Below, piece by piece: positions 24,720 through 38,635 of a DNA stretch of 64,000 bases. Positions within the stretch are counted from its first letter, which is position 1. Each line of letters opens with the position of its first letter. A program made the translations under genes and the position numbers. Source of the stretch: Octopus sinensis (lineage: Eukaryota); contig NC_042999.1 in assembly GCF_006345805.1 (NCBI RefSeq), forward strand, positions 151,466,001-151,530,000, read 5' to 3'. The notes beneath the pieces were generated by a model. That model made no database searches. It was not told the origin of the DNA and saw only the letters and a list, made by a program, of their open reading frames with translations.

Positions 24720-26965
24720 CAGTGATTTTAAGTAAATGATATAAGTTGATTTGACCGAGATTAAAAAAAAAAAAAGAAAGAAGAAAATAAAGTGAAAAAG
24801 CAAACCTAGACAAATTTACAAAATACAATACCTATCGAAAATATGATGCACCCACAAACATTTACGAAGCAAGATGAAGAAAGAATAAACAATTGGAAAA
24901 TTAAATCACTGCATGGGCAATAACTCAGAGAAATTGAAGGAAATAACAAGACCAACACTTGGAGATCATCATCATCATCATCATCATCATTTAACGTCCG
25001 TTTTCCACACTAGCACGGGTTGGACGGTTTGACCGGGGTCTGCGAAGCCAGGGGCTGCTCCAGGCTCCAGTCTGATCTGGCAGAGTTTCTACGGCTGGAT
25101 GCCCTTCCTAACGCCAACCACTCCGTGAGTGTAGTGGGTGCTTTTTACGTGCCACCTGCACTGGTGCCAGGCGAGGCTGGCATCGGCCACGGTCGGATTG
25201 GTGCATTTTACGTGCCGCCTGCACGGAAGCCAGTTGAGGCGGCATTGGCTTCGGCCACGATTCGGATGGTGCTTTTTACATGCCACCGACACGGAAGCCA
25301 GTCGAGGTGGCGCTGGCAACGGCCATGATTCGGATAGTGCTTTTTACGTATCTCCAGTTCAGGGGTCCTGGCATCTGCCGGGTGCCAGTCATAGGATTGG
25401 TTCAATTTCGATTCCGATTTCGATTTCGATTTCTAAGATGGCTTAGAAAAAGAGATCTGAAAGGATGGCCTGAGATATTGATATGTAGCGCCCAGGAGCA
25501 AGCTCTAAGAACTAATTTCATTAAGTTCCAAATTTATAACAGTAGTGAATCACCCATTTGTAGGATGTGTGGTAGCAGAAACGAAACAACATCACATATT
25601 TGTGAGGGAGTATAGCAAGCTAGCCCAAAAGCACTACAAAAGGAGGCACGATAACATGGCTAAGTTTGTCCACTAGAGGCTATGTGAAAAGTATGGTCTG
25701 AACAGAACACGGAAATGGTACTAACCTGAACCAGAAGGAGTTACCGAGAACAAGGAACATAAGATACTGTGGGATTTTACAATTCAATGTGAATCCCTAA
25801 TTGAGGCTCGGAGACCAGATATTGTTGTGGTAGATAAAGGAAAAAAGGAAACTAAGATCATACATATTCGAAAACCTGGAGATGCACACATAACTGACAA
25901 AGAATTAGAAAAGATTGAAAAGTAATGATTACTAAAAGACGAAATTACAAGAATGTGGACTATGAGGAGAGAGTCAGTCATTCCAGTTCTTGTAGGGGCA
26001 CTCGGAGCACTAACAACCAAGTTTGAGAAATATGTCAAAGAAATCGGAATTGACATGAAAGCAGAACAAGCCCCCAAAAACTGCTCTGCTGGGGACAGCT
26101 AGGATTTTGAGATTGGTAATTGGATGTTGAATGTCTTCCGTGATAATTAAAAACCAAGTATCAAAGCTTATGTGCGGAAAGAGACACTGTGAGACAACTG
26201 ACAATAGGCTGTTGTCCATTCTCACAGAATCAACCAGAGCAAACAAGACAGCGCTCTGAGAAGGAAAACAACAACAACAACAACAACAATAATAATATTA
26301 AAGAGAATGCACGGTCAATTTCACAGGGATATTGAAGATGGTTGTAAATTACTAAAAGTGATTTAAAACCGGAAACCGAGGCTCTAATCTGTGCTACCTA
26401 AGAGCAAGCATTAAGAACAAACTACATAAAATACAGAATAGACAACACATCAGAAAATGTTAAGTGCAGAATCTGTGGACAAAATGATGAAACCGTATGA
26501 CATATTACCAGCCAATGTACGCCACTAGCCTAGATGGAATATAAGAGACGCCACGACAATATAGCCGGGCTTGTCCATTGGACACTTTGCATCAAGTATG
26601 GACTTGACAGAGAAAAAATTGGTACGACCACAAACCCAAAGGCATCATAGAAAATGATAAGGCAAAGATCCTATGGGATTTTATGATTCAGTGCAACCAT
26701 GAGATAGAAAATAGGAAGCCAGACATAGTGTTAATTGAGAAAGAAAGTAAACTCTGCTGGATCATGGATATAGCAATCCCAGCTGACAACAAAGTATGCG
26801 ATAAGGAAGAAAGAAAAGTTGAGATATATAACAGGTTAGCTTGGGAGGTAAAGCAGTTGTGGTCGATGAAGAAAGTAGCAGTAGTACCAATAATTGTTGG
26901 AGCCCTGGAACAGTGAGAAAAAATCTCGAGAAGTACGTGGAACAAATAGATACTGCAATAAGTGG
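24720..26965 (+). mobile_element. Two degenerate Dong/R4-like fragments (~24720-26265, ~26297-26965); the first is interrupted by an RTE 3'UTR piece (~24967-25432, -)
   Basis: AQEQALRTN, CRMCG..ETTSHI, RHDN and RKPDIVL..MDIAIP motifs; (CAT)n tail of the inserted piece. Confidence 0.82.
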
Positions 26966-27039
26966 AATAATAATAATAATGGAAAAGCAAGGCATTCTGG
27001 AGAGCGATCTGGGACCAACCTGTAGAGCATGATAATGAA

Positions 27040-28536
27040 GCATAGTGGCTTCCTAATGCACGTATAACTACTGGGATACATTTTATCCTCACTTTCCATC
27101 GTCTCTGTAATTCAATTGCTAGATCCTAGTACTTTGCTGTTTTCTCAATACCTCTCATTTTGACTTTTTCATCATTTGGGACTGTAAAGTCAATCATCTG
27201 GTCCTTTCTATTCTCTTTATCTACTTCTACTAAATCAGGTCTTCTAGTTTCTAGTACTCTATTAGTCTGAATGTTAAAATCCCACAATATCTTATACTTC
27301 TTACTTTCTAGTACTTTACTTGCTTTATGTTCATACCATTTATCAGTGTGGTCAAATTCTAACTTTCTACATAACCTCCAGTAGATTTCTCCCTCTAAAT
27401 TGTCATGTCTTTTCTGTGCCAGCATGCTACATTCATTTACTATATGAGTAACATTTTTCTTTTGCTTTGCATAACCTATATTGAGAATCTACGTAGTTTT
27501 TGTCTATCTTAACTTTTATCCAATTAGTCTTTAATACTTGATCTTGTGCTGCTACTAACAAACTGTCAGCCTCCCTTTCTAGCCTTCATTTCTGAAACCA
27601 TGTCTCACCACTACTATTTGCTACAACTAACTTTGGGAATCTACCGTGCAAAGCCATCTACTGTCATTCAGATAACTTTTGCTCTTTTTTCTGACTTTTA
27701 ACTTCGTTTTTTTTTTTGTTTTTGGTTTCCCTATGTCTTGCTGTTATTCTAGCTGCTCTTAATAAACTTTCTTCGCTGTTACTTACGTAGGATTCTATAT
27801 CTACCCTGGCTAACTCCATTCAGTCTTCTACTGATATTAGCCCTCTTCCATCTTCCTTTCTAGGTAAGTATAATCTTGTTAATCTTGCTCTTGACTGAAG
27901 TCTTCCATTTATATTGAATTCGTTCCTAGTTCTTCTATCTAGTTTTGCTGAATCAGATTTTGTCCAATCTACAAAAGATACAAAATATTTAATACTGCCC
28001 AATTATTTACAGCCTTCACTAGATTTGGACCATCTAGACTTGACTTCATTAGTTTCCTCACCCTTCTGATGTACTCTTTCCCATCTTTTGTATTCATTTC
28101 TATAGTTAGTACTCTGTCAGATTCAAATACTCCTTGATACTTATAACTCTCTCTCCTTCTTTCAGTGATTTTAATGTCTGGTCATCTGATAATTGGATAC
28201 CTTCGCTGTTGACCACCTGTCCCCTTCTCAAGAACAAAATCTCACACTTATCTATGCCAAATTCCATGCCTATGTCTTTGCTGAAGAGGCTTACAGTCTG
28301 TATTAAGGAATCTATCTCTCTCTTTTCTCTTTTACTTGTTTCAGTCATTTGACTGCGGCCATGCTGGAGCACCGCCTTTAATCGAGCAACTCAACCAGGG
28401 ACTTATTCTTTTGTAAGCCCAGTACTTATTCTATCGGTCTCTTTTGCTGAACCGCTAAGTAACAGGGACATAAACACACCAGCATCGGTTGTCAAGCAAT
28501 GCTAGGGGGACAAACACAGACGCACAAACACACACA

Positions 28537-28602
<66 letters not shown>

Positions 28603-28860
28603 TACGACGGGCTTCATTTAGGTTCCGTCTACCAAATCCACTCACAAGGCTTTGGTCGGCCCGAGACTATAGTAGAAGACACTTGCCCAAGGTGCTACGC
28701 AGTGGGACTGAACCCGGAACCATGTGGTTGGTAAACAAGCTACTTACCACACAGCCACTCCTGCGCCTATCTATTTTTCATCCTTACTAAAAAGTTTCAG
28801 ATCATCCATGTAGAGCAAATGGTTAATTTTTCCCTTTCTATTTCTGAACTAGGAGTATGG
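27040..28860 (-). mobile_element. Longer degenerate Dong/R4-like fragment (RT end + RLE), interrupted by SINE 28322-28768
   Basis: DIGMEFGIDKC, RLYLPRKEDGRGL, KRHDN and RRPDL motifs; a MDDLKLF-like remnant near 28800. Confidence 0.82.
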
Positions 28861-29009
28861 GTAGGGATCTGTAAGAATATATGGGGAAAAACGAATGATG
28901 GGGGAATGGGTGAGGGGAGAGAAGGTAGGCAGCAACTGTAAAGACCTGGGTAAAGGGTGGATGTAAGGAATGGTAGATAAGGAGTAGGGGATAATCAGTA
29001 TTTATATAT

Positions 29010-29102
<93 letters not shown>

Positions 29103-29171
29103 TAGATAGACAGACAGATTGATTGATAAATAATAAGTAGACAGACAGACTTTCAGAAATAGATTAATATA

Positions 29172-29298
<127 letters not shown>

Positions 29299-29773
29299 GA
29301 TAGATAGAACAGGGTATTTTCTTTTTCTTTCAACTAGATCCTCCAACAAGGCTGGCCCAGGGCTATAGTAGAAGATACTTGCCCAAGATGTCACACAGTG
29401 GAAAAGGACTGAGATCAAATGTTGAGAAGCAAGTGCACTGTGCTAAATCTTCTCAAACTCTTTCACGAGGTATGCTAATAGCATTGGCTATTTGATTTAT
29501 GGTTAAGTGTCTGTCATCTAATACCATGTGGTGGAAAGAATCAATGTTTTCCTTGGTCATTGCAGATGCAGGACATCCAGATCTAATCGATTGGCCCACC
29601 TCTCCAAAAATTTCAGGCCTTGTGCCTAGAGTAGTAGAAAATAATAGTAAGAAGAGTTGAAATTAATGCAATCAAGATTTTGCAGCCTCAGCATCACTCC
29701 TTCATAGTCAGCCTATGAACATTTCAACTCACTGTCATGTGTCACCACCACCACCACCACCACCACCACCGCC

Positions 29774-29807
<34 letters not shown>

Positions 29808-29808
29808 T

Positions 29809-29855
<47 letters not shown>

Positions 29856-29867
29856 CCACCATCATCA

Positions 29868-30640
29868 TCATTGTCATTTAATGTCCATTTTTCATGCTGG
29901 CTTGAGTTGGACGGTTTGACTGGAAATGGTAAGGCCAAGGGCCGCATCAGGCTCCATTGTCTGTTTCAGCATGGTTTCTACAGTTGGATCCTCTTCCTAA
30001 TGCCAACCACTCCACAGAGTGTATTAGATGCTTTTTATGTATCACCAGCACCAGTGATTTTAACATGGCATCAGCATGAGTGCTTTTTATGTGGCACCAA
30101 CACTGACATCAATTCTGTTCTGGTGGATGGGTTTTCTTAAGTACAACAATGCCCCATGTCTTTCTGGGTCTCCCTCTTCCACAAGTTCCATCTGCTTAAA
30201 GTGATCAGCACTTCTGTATGCAACTGACTACATCCATCTGCATCACATGATCAAACCCGCACAGTCTCCTTTCTTGCACACCACATCTAATTCCTCTTAT
30301 TCCCCTCAAAACACTAACACCCTGTCACACTTGTACACAGACATCACACATCCAGCAGAGCATACTTGGTCAATTTCTTTCTTACCTTCAGGTCTTCTCC
30401 AATCAGGGCTCACGTCTTACTACCATGTAGCATTGCTGTCTGTATACATACATCGTACAATTTTCCTTTCACTTAGAGAGAGAGAGATTTTGTTGCCAAC
30501 AGAGGTAAAACCTCTCTAATTTTTTTTCAATATGTTCTTATTCCAGTGATTGCACTTTCCATATATCCTTCCCTACAGCTAATTAGGTCCCCTAGGTAGC
30601 AGAAATTATCCACTACCTCTAAAGAACCGCTAGAGCATTT
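29868..30640 (-). mobile_element. Old RTE 3' fragment with expanded (CAT/CAC)n tail at 29743-29871
   Basis: Degenerate similarity to the RTE 3'UTR and ORF end. Confidence 0.7.
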
Positions 30641-30879
30641 GAGAAAAATGTGTACATGAATGTGCGTGTGTGTGCGCATGCGTGTGTGTGTGCGCACGTG
30701 TGTGTGTGTATATAAATATATATATATATATAAATATAAGAGGGAACCACTATGTGGAAGCCCTTACGCTAGAAAGATATCCGCATAGGTCTCAACCACT
30801 AAGAATTGTTCTCCAGAAAATTCAGCACACCAGAAACATAAGCGAGCAAGACAAATGAAAAATAACAAAAATATAGATT

Positions 30880-30958
30880 AATCCCAAACAATTGTTTCAC
30901 TATTAATAAATTACGTAATTTTACTTACACAATTTATCTGTAGATCGTCAGTGAGATC
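30880..30958 (-). ncRNA. Type I hammerhead with long helix II
   Basis: ATCTCA CTGACGA TCTA..ATAAATTGTGTAA/TTACGTAATTTAT..TAGT GAAA CAATTG TT TGGGAT. GUU site; U.U mismatch at the base of helix II. Confidence 0.7.
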
Positions 30959-31007
30959 CTTTTAATAAGATATAATTTGTAGAACTACATGCCAGATATC
31001 AACATGA

Positions 31008-31051
<44 letters not shown>

Positions 31052-31227
31052 ATGTTACATTACTCGGTAGTCAAGATAAAGATAAATTTCCTCTATTTAC
31101 ATAATATTGAGGTCTCTTTCTTTCTTTTGTTATCTTACCGTTTTATCAATATATATATATATATATATATGAAATAAAATTGGATAAATAGAGTTAAGAA
31201 GGAGTACATTTAGACAGCTATTTAATA

Positions 31228-31333
31228 AACACTACACATGTTTTAATACAACATAGATCCACATTTACTCAGGATTTAAATTAAGCAACAGTTTACCTGT
31301 ATAATGGCATCCAGTTGTATCTCCTCAGGTGAT
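31228..31333 (-). ncRNA. Degenerate hammerhead remnant with long helix II
   Basis: CAC CTGAGGA GATACAAC...GTTGTATT AAAA CATGTG TA GTG; GAAA appears as AAAA. Confidence 0.45.
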
Positions 31334-31410
31334 ATATAATTGGTAGTTCTAACAGGGAACAAGCTTTACTTTGTACTCCAATACGTTCCTAATGGAATAC
31401 ACATTAAATA

Positions 31411-32514
31411 TATTGGGTTGGCAATTAAGTTCCCGCTGCTTTTTTAAATGTTGGAATTTATTGCATTTTTAAATTTTGAAATCTTTTTTTTTTGAGAATT
31501 CTATTTTTGAATTATTTTGGAATCTTTTTTTTTTTCCAGTTAATTTTAGTTAATTTTTGTTTATTTTCAGATCATTAAAATGGAATGTCAGGTTAAGAAA
31601 AATGAGCATTTTCGACATCTCCTCTTTGCTTTTAATCAAGGTTCTAAAGCCGCAAAAGCTGCTCGCGACGTTTGTGCTGTGTATGAAGAGGGCCCCATAG
31701 CTGAAAGAACCGCTTGTGATTGGTATGCCAAGTTCAAAAATGGAAATTTTGACCTCAAAGACGCACCTCGTTCTGACCGTCCAGTTGAGTTCAATGAAGA
31801 GTGATTAAACCAACTTTTGCACGAAAATTCTCGTCAAACGACTAGGGAACTGGCAGAGTAAATGGAATGCTCCCACACTGCTATAGAGAAGCATCTTCAC
31901 TTGATGGGAAAGGTTCAGAAGTATGGAGCATGGAGTTCTGCATGCTTTAAGTGACAACAACAAAAATCAACGAGCCACAATCTCCGCTGGCTTGTTTACT
32001 CGTCACTGCTCAACTCATGGACACAAGCAACGATTTCTTCACCGAATCGTTACTGGCGACGAAACATGGTGCCTGTGCATTAATATGAATGAGCGTAAAG
32101 AATGGCTTAGCCCCGGTGAACAAGCAACACCGCGTGTGAAACAAGATCTTCATCCGTGTAAAACGATGTTGTGCGTATGGTGGGACTGGGAGGGAATTAT
32201 CCATTACGAATTACTTGAACAGAACCGAACGGTCAACGTGGAACTCTATGTTCAACAGATGGAACGACTCAACACCGCTATTCAAGAGAAAAGACCTAAT
32301 CGGCAGCATGGAGTTCTGCTGCATGACAACGCCCACCCTCATATCGTCAATATGAGCAAGGAAGCCATTCAAACGCATCGCTGGGAAGTGCTGCCACACC
32401 TGACGTACTCTCCTGATTTGACACCATCAGATTTCCACCTCTTCCGATCTATTTCAAATGCTATGCATGGAGTTTTGTTCAGTACTGATGCAGAATTGAG
32501 AGCTTGGTTGGATC
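31411..32514 (+). mobile_element. 3'-truncated mariner transposon (pseudogenised transposase)
   Basis: TIR TATTGGGTTGGCAATTAAG; IVTGDETW, LLHDNAHPH and YSPDLTPSDFHLF motifs; internal stops. Confidence 0.9.
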
Positions 32515-33296
32515 TGTAGAACGACCGTGCGAAGGAGAGGTGACGATGAATGGCTCATTTAGTACACCACACAGTCGATTACAATAAATATGAAAAGAAT
32601 GAATGAGTACAAGTGCCAGGAGGAAAAGCGAGACACAATCGGTAGAATGTTTAAGAGAAAGATTTTCTTTATGTGTTAACATGTGTGTGTATGCATCATG
32701 TAAGCATAATAGACAGGCCGTCATGTGTACAAAGTGTGTGTGTGCGTGTGCATAAAATACAGAGTAATGAAAGTGTCTATAATAGGATGCTAGAAGAATG
32801 TTCAGACACAATGATAAATACCAGTTCGTAGTCAAAGTACACGATAGTTGAAGTGCTGTAACAAGAAGTTGAGGCTGAAATGCAGAACCGATTGAGGCAC
32901 ATATCGTGCGAGAAGCTGTGACTACTATACAGAGCCGGTTGAGTTGTTACAGGAGTTATCACAGGTTGTACTTGCTGTTAACCATGGTGAAGTAATTCAC
33001 AAAAAGTGTTGAGATAGAACCTGTGCGACGGTTGCTAATTGCTGTGTACGAAGAGAGATGTAGTTGATGTTAGGACGAATGCTGGCGACAGAGATGGAGG
33101 TCCTGAATGCTGCTGGACGAAGTTGAGAATCCATGTGGCTGTTATTGTGTTGTCGCTGGAACTGGCTGTGTCCTGTGTGGTCAGTGGCTAGACCTGAAAA
33201 GGTCTGGATCCGACAGACTTCAACTCGATGTGTTGCTAGAGTTTTATAGTGAACAGTCGGCGCAAACTGAGGTTTAGAAGAGACTGTCTCACGTCT
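32515..33296 (-). mobile_element. Possible LTR fragment
   Basis: Abruptly truncates the mariner. The minus strand has CTATAAAA and ends ..TTCTACA. No second terminus or TSD found. Confidence 0.3.
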
Positions 33297-33399
33297 GACC
33301 ACGATCAGTTGGTGCTTTTTACATGTCACTGGCACAGAAGCCAGTGCTATATATATATATATATATATATATATAGGATCACCACATTACTATTTTGCA

Positions 33400-34543
33400 A
33401 CTAGCCCAAGGAGTGAAGATAAGTGTAGGGTTCATGGAAAAAAATCATTCACGACCATTTGCACATACAGAAGTTGTCTGCATGATGGATTCTCCGGATA
33501 CTCAGACCTTTTCAGAAGCAGGAACAAGTCAATTGTTCCCAGGCTTTTTTGGCAATGTGCCAAGAAAACAAGGGGGATTTTTTGGCAGACTTATCACACA
33601 GGATGAAACATGGGTCCATCCTGGAGACTAAAGTCCAGTCAAAGCAATGGAAGCATGGTAACTACCCACCTTCAGTGAAGGCTTGTGTCCAACCCTTAGC
33701 AGGCAAGGTGATGCTCACATTATTTTGGGACCAGTGCAGAGTAGTGATGATGGATTTTCTGGCAAAGGGCACGACAATTAACAGGGCATATTATTTTTCT
33801 ATGCTGTAAAATTGCAGGACACCATCAAAGTAGAGAGGTGTGACATGCTGACCAAAGGAGTTCACTCTTCCAAGACAACACCCCAGTTCACAATGTGCAA
33901 GTCACCCAGTTCAAAGCACATTCCTGCTGCTATGAAAGCCTTCCTCATCCTCCTTACTCTCCCAATCTCGCACCCTCTAACTTTCAACTCTTTCTAGCAA
34001 GGAAGTCTTTTTTGAAGGGGAAGCACTTTTCGGATGATGATGAACTTATTTCCAAGTGTCGGTGACATATAAAAAGCACTATTTGTGCAATCGTTGCCAG
34101 AACCGCCTGACTGGCTCCTGTGCTGGTGGCATAAAAAAAAACACCATTTGAGTGAGGTCGATGCCAGTACCACCTGACTGGCCCTCGTGCCAGTGGTACG
34201 TAAAAAGCATCCACTACACTCTCAGAGTGGTTGATGTTAGGAAGGGCATTCAGCTGTAGAAACTTTGCCAGATCAGATTGGAGCCTGGTGCAGCCTTCTG
34301 ACTTACCAGCTCTCAGTCAAACCGTCCAACCCATGCCAGCATAGAAAGCAGAAGTTATGATGATGATGTAAAGTCTTGGCTCCAGACGCAACCTACTGAC
34401 TTCTACAGATGCATAAATCGATGGGAGAAGTGTGTGACCATTGGTGGTGGTTATGTAGAGAAGGACTAATAATATATCCTCGTTTTATTTATCCCAGTCC
34501 TTGGGAAGTGGGTCAGGGGAAATTTTTAATGAAAACCCCTCGT
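33400..34543 (+). mobile_element. Degenerate mariner interrupted by an RTE 3'UTR piece (~34052-34368)
   Basis: LITQDETWVH, QSKQW and AGKVMLTLFWD motifs; 3' end ..AACCCCTCGT. Confidence 0.8.
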
Positions 34544-34720
34544 GCAATGGGCTTTTTTCAGTTTCTGCCTACCAAATCCATTCATAAGACTTTGGTAGCC
34601 CAGGTCTGTAATAGAAGACACTTGCTCAAGGTGCCTTGCAGTGAAGCTGAACCTGAAACTACATGGTTTGAAAGCAAATTTCTTATCACAAGTCTTAAGT
34701 TTTCTCTCCTTCTATTACAG

Positions 34721-34752
34721 GCCCATGTTCTGTCAAAAAATGTGAATTACAA
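34721..34752 (+). CDS. Putative 32-nt micro-exon of carbohydrate sulfotransferase
   Basis: Acceptor TTTCTCTCCTTCTATTACAG and donor GTAAGT. Converts phase 1 to phase 0, giving (C)PCSVKKCELQ in frame with the next exon. Confidence 0.6.
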
Positions 34753-34958
34753 GTAAGTATATTTTATTTTTTTACTTGTTTCAGCCATTAGATTGTGGCC
34801 ATGCTGGGGCACCGACTTGAAGAACTTTTAGTCAAATAAATCAACCCCAGTACTTCATTTTCGTTCTTTTTTTTATCTTGTTTTATCAACCACCCAAAAG
34901 GATGAAAGCCAAAGTTTAGTTTGATGAGATTTGAAAAACTGATAAATAATTATTTATC

Positions 34959-35305
34959 ATGGTTGTATACTGTCAACTTAACATGACAGTAGGGGATTAC
35001 ACCACCGCTGTTTAGCCCTAGGAAGCATCGATGCTTCCTGTCGGCTTCGACACACTTACTGTGTCCTTATATATTTACGAAGGGGAGACAAATACCCCCA
35101 ACAGCTAGGCCTGCATCTAGAGACCCTGAAACATGCGTGTCTCTAGATGCAGGCTTAGCTGTTGGGGGTATTTGTCTCCCCTTCGTAAATATATAAGGAC
35201 ACAGTAAGTGTGTCGAAGCCGACAGGAAGCGTCGATGCTAACCTAGGGCTAAACAGCGGTGGTGTAATCCCCTACTGTCATGTTAAGTTGACAGTATACA
35301 ACCAT
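34959..35305. repeat. Near-perfect inverted repeat (~166-bp arms, 14-bp spacer)
   Basis: 34959-35124 pairs with 35139-35305. An additional outer IR lies at 34931-34951 / 35364-35384. Confidence 0.92.
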
Positions 35306-35834
35306 TATATCGCCCCACCACCGTACATATCACTATGAGATATTTAGCAATTTAATATTTCTGAATTATTTATCAGTTTTTCAAAATATCTACTGTAATT
35401 GTAGTTGTGGCTGATGCCAGCGCTGCCTGAGTGGCTCCCCGTGCAGGTGGCACATAAAAAGCACCATCTGAACATGGTCGATGCGAGCCCCCTTGCCCCG
35501 ACTGGCTCCTGTGCCAGAGGCACATAAAAAGCACCATCTGAACATGGTTGATACCAGTGCCGCCTGACTGGTTCTCGTGCCGGTGGCATGTTAAAAACAT
35601 CCACTACACTCTCGGAGTGGTTGGCATTAGGAAGGGCATACAGCTGTAGAAACACTGTCAGATCAGATTGGAGTCTGGTGTGGCCTTTTGGCTTGCCAGC
35701 CCGCAGTCAAACCGTCTAACCCATGCCAGCATAGAAAACGCACGTTAAACGATGATGATGATGATGATGAATAGATAATAGATATTTATAATAATGTAAA
35801 TAATGGTAATGCTAACAGCTGTGATAATCTATAT

Positions 35835-36188
35835 CAGAGTTTCTCAACAGTTTTTTTTATCTACAAACCCCTTTGATTGCTGTTTTATTCTGGTGAACCC
35901 CCCCCCCCAACAATTTGGTGGTTAAAAACTAATTTTATAGAAAGTTCTTTCAAAATTCCTATTTTGTTTTCCATGCATTAGCATGTGTAGGTTGAATTAT
36001 CTAAAATGTAAGAGAAAGAAACCTAGCTGTTTCTTGCAATACACACCAATACATACATCTAAAGTAATATTTTTTCATGGGCACTTAGAATACTATTATG
36101 AATCCCCAATTTACTATTTTGCTGTGTGGACCCCTAAAATCTTATATGGACTGTCAGGGGCCATATGGACCCCAGTTGAGAACCACAG
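35835..36188. mobile_element. Old hAT-like MITE
   Basis: CAGAGTTTCTCAAC...GTTGAGAACCACAG with imperfect 8-bp TSD ATCTATAT/ATCTAATA. Confidence 0.6.
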
Positions 36189-36987
36189 ATCTAATAATAA
36201 TCTAAATGATAATCATCATCGCCATTAATTTTGTGTCCATTTTCCATGCTGGCATAGGTTGGATGGATCAAGTCAATTCTTGACTACCCGGCAGAAGCCA
36301 AAATGCAAACCGATCTAATTTATGTATAAATTTTGTTTTTATAAGTCTGTTTCCTTTTAAACAATATTAAAACAACGGCTAAAAATTTTCTGAAGCAGCA
36401 CCCCTACTAATTTTGTCTATGAGCCACCACTGGCCCGTACACTGAGGAGTAGGCTCATACAGTTGATGGCTGAAATATTATCTAGAACAGATGACTTCAT
36501 GCTTCTTAACTGTATTTTTTTTGGCTTCTTAACTGTATTTTTTTATATAATACAATGATACAATGAACTTTTTTGAACTTCTTGTATGATACAATGAACC
36601 AGTCTGGGTCAGCAGGTTATCTTCTAGTTTCTGGATGAAGGAAAGGTCATGGAGTAAGGAGTTGCAAAGGTCTGGTTAATAAAGAGCTGAGACCAGGCAC
36701 CTGGATACTGTTCAGTGGTTTCCCTCACAATGCAGATCACCAAGGAAAACTTCTGGTTGGTAAGTTGTATGAGGGCTACCCAGGAAACACCATGCTAGTT
36801 TCATTGTGTAATTTATCAAATTCTTCACCTGGATCTTGATGTGTTCTTCTATTGTTTCACAATACACTTTATTGAGAATGGCTTTAGTTAAACTGAGCTT
36901 TCTTTTAGTATTCCAAGTAGAATGAAATTGGTGTAAATGAAATTACATCAATGAGATGTTGCAATACAAATGGATTGGCATCTTAAG

Positions 36988-37555
36988 TAAAGTGTTGTCC
37001 GGAAAGTTCGTGCCGATTTATAGTAGCTTACCTTTCGACTTATTTTAGAACATGGTTGAGTCCATAAAATAGGATTTGACTACACCCCCACTTAGAGCAC
37101 AGTTTAAGCTGTTTTCATGGAAGAAGGATTACGTTCGTATAACCTGTGTTAATTCTGTAACCCTTTAAAATGGAAGATAAGAAAGTTCATTTTCAGCACT
37201 TGATGCTTTGAGAACCAGACAAAAATTGCTGCAGCTCGGCTGGGATGTGTTACCCCACCCTCCATATTCACCAGATATTGCTCCTTTGGATTTCCACTTA
37301 TTCAGGTTTCTGCAGAATAGTCTCAATGGTAAAAATTTCAATTCCTTGGATGACATAAAAAGATACCTTGATGAATTCTTTGTCATGAAATCACCTCAGT
37401 TCTGTGAAGAGGGTATTTTCAAGTTAAAGGAAAGATGGAGACGCATTGTGCAACAAAATGGTTCATATTTAGTTGATTAAAAATATAATGGCAAGTATTT
37501 ATTGACTTTTTTCTTTCCTTTAAAAATCGGCAGGAACTTTCTGGACAACGCAATA
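36988..37555 (+). mobile_element. Internally deleted mariner (~570 bp)
   Basis: TIRs GTTGTCCGGAAAGTTCGTGCCGATTT / AAATCGGCAGGAACTTTCTGGACAAC. MEDKKVHFQHL is joined directly to the GWDVLPHPPYSPDIAP region. Confidence 0.9.
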
Positions 37556-37738
37556 AATATGCCAAATAGTTTATTTCTTACTCTCAGGATTTCTTTAGAT
37601 TTTTAATTGTAAGAAAATAATGTAATACCATCTGTGTATAACAATAATCTGACATGTACAATATGTGTACATGTCAGATAATGTATATGACTGTACTTCT
37701 TTGAAACATCATTACTAGTTTTATATTTTTGCTTTAAG

Positions 37739-38524
37739 GCCACTGAATTACGTGACAGCAGAGATCTTCATCACCTACAAAATGAGAGGAAAAAGGCCCT
37801 GCAAGAAACCTGTAAGAATACTTCATTAGCTCTAAATTACGTTAATGCAATGAAGTCAATGCAAATAAGCCATAAAGATAAAATTTTATACTGTGGCATA
37901 GCCAAAGTTGGTTGTACATTCTTTAAGCGTTTGATATATGTCTTAAACAGTGAAAAACTCTATAAATCTCTATTTGACATCACTCCAAACAATATACATG
38001 GAATGCACACTGCCCTAGTTTCTGACCTCAAAGAACCTAATAAATCACTTGTTGAAATCAATTACAAAACATTTTTATTTGTACGAAATCCTTACAAGAG
38101 ACTCTTTTCTGGTTATGTTGATAAAATATTTACACCACAGATGTATTTTTTATTAAAATATGGAACTTACATCATTAAGAAATTCAGAAAGAATCCTTCA
38201 GAAAAGAGCTTAAGATGTGGCCATGATGTCACTTTTGCTGAATTTATTTCTTATGTTATAGATTCTGTCAAAACAGGAAATATGGCAAACAATCATTTTA
38301 CTCCAATGTATCTTCATTGTGCACCTTGTGAAATACATTATGATTTAATTGGGCATTTAGAAACATTGCAGAACGATTTACAGTTTCTAATCAAACCTGA
38401 AAGATTGAAAGCAGTTTTACCAGAGAATCTTCGAATGAGTTCCCTAAGAGATGAACTTTTTGATGCCACAGATATAGCATTTAGGAATCTGAAGTCTAAT
38501 CAAAATTGTTTTTCACCTTATGAG
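37739..38524 (+). CDS. Carbohydrate sulfotransferase (Sulfotransfer_2, CHST8-14/CHST11-like), main catalytic exon
   Basis: 5'-PSB-like YCGIAKVGCTFFKR, 3'-PB-like FVRNPYKRLFSGYVDK, and HFTPMYLHCAPCEIHYDLIGHLETL. Acceptor TTTTTGCTTTAAG, donor GAG|GTAATT, phase 0/0. Confidence 0.92.
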
Positions 38525-38635
38525 GTAATTAACTATCTACAATATTCACTTTGTCTTATGTTATAAATGTTAAATTAGCTGGAGTATCTGTATGTATGAC
38601 TGGAGTAAGCTGTACAATTCTAATGCAAAATCAAT

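Noticed and set aside
37719-37738. Alternative acceptor allowing exon 1 to join the catalytic exon directly in frame
   Set aside because: Weak pyrimidine tract; the AG at 37737-37738 with the micro-exon fits better. Not excluded.
38525-38566. ORF-track extensions of the sulfotransferase exons (also 42361-42396)
   Set aside because: Intron read-through beyond good splice sites.
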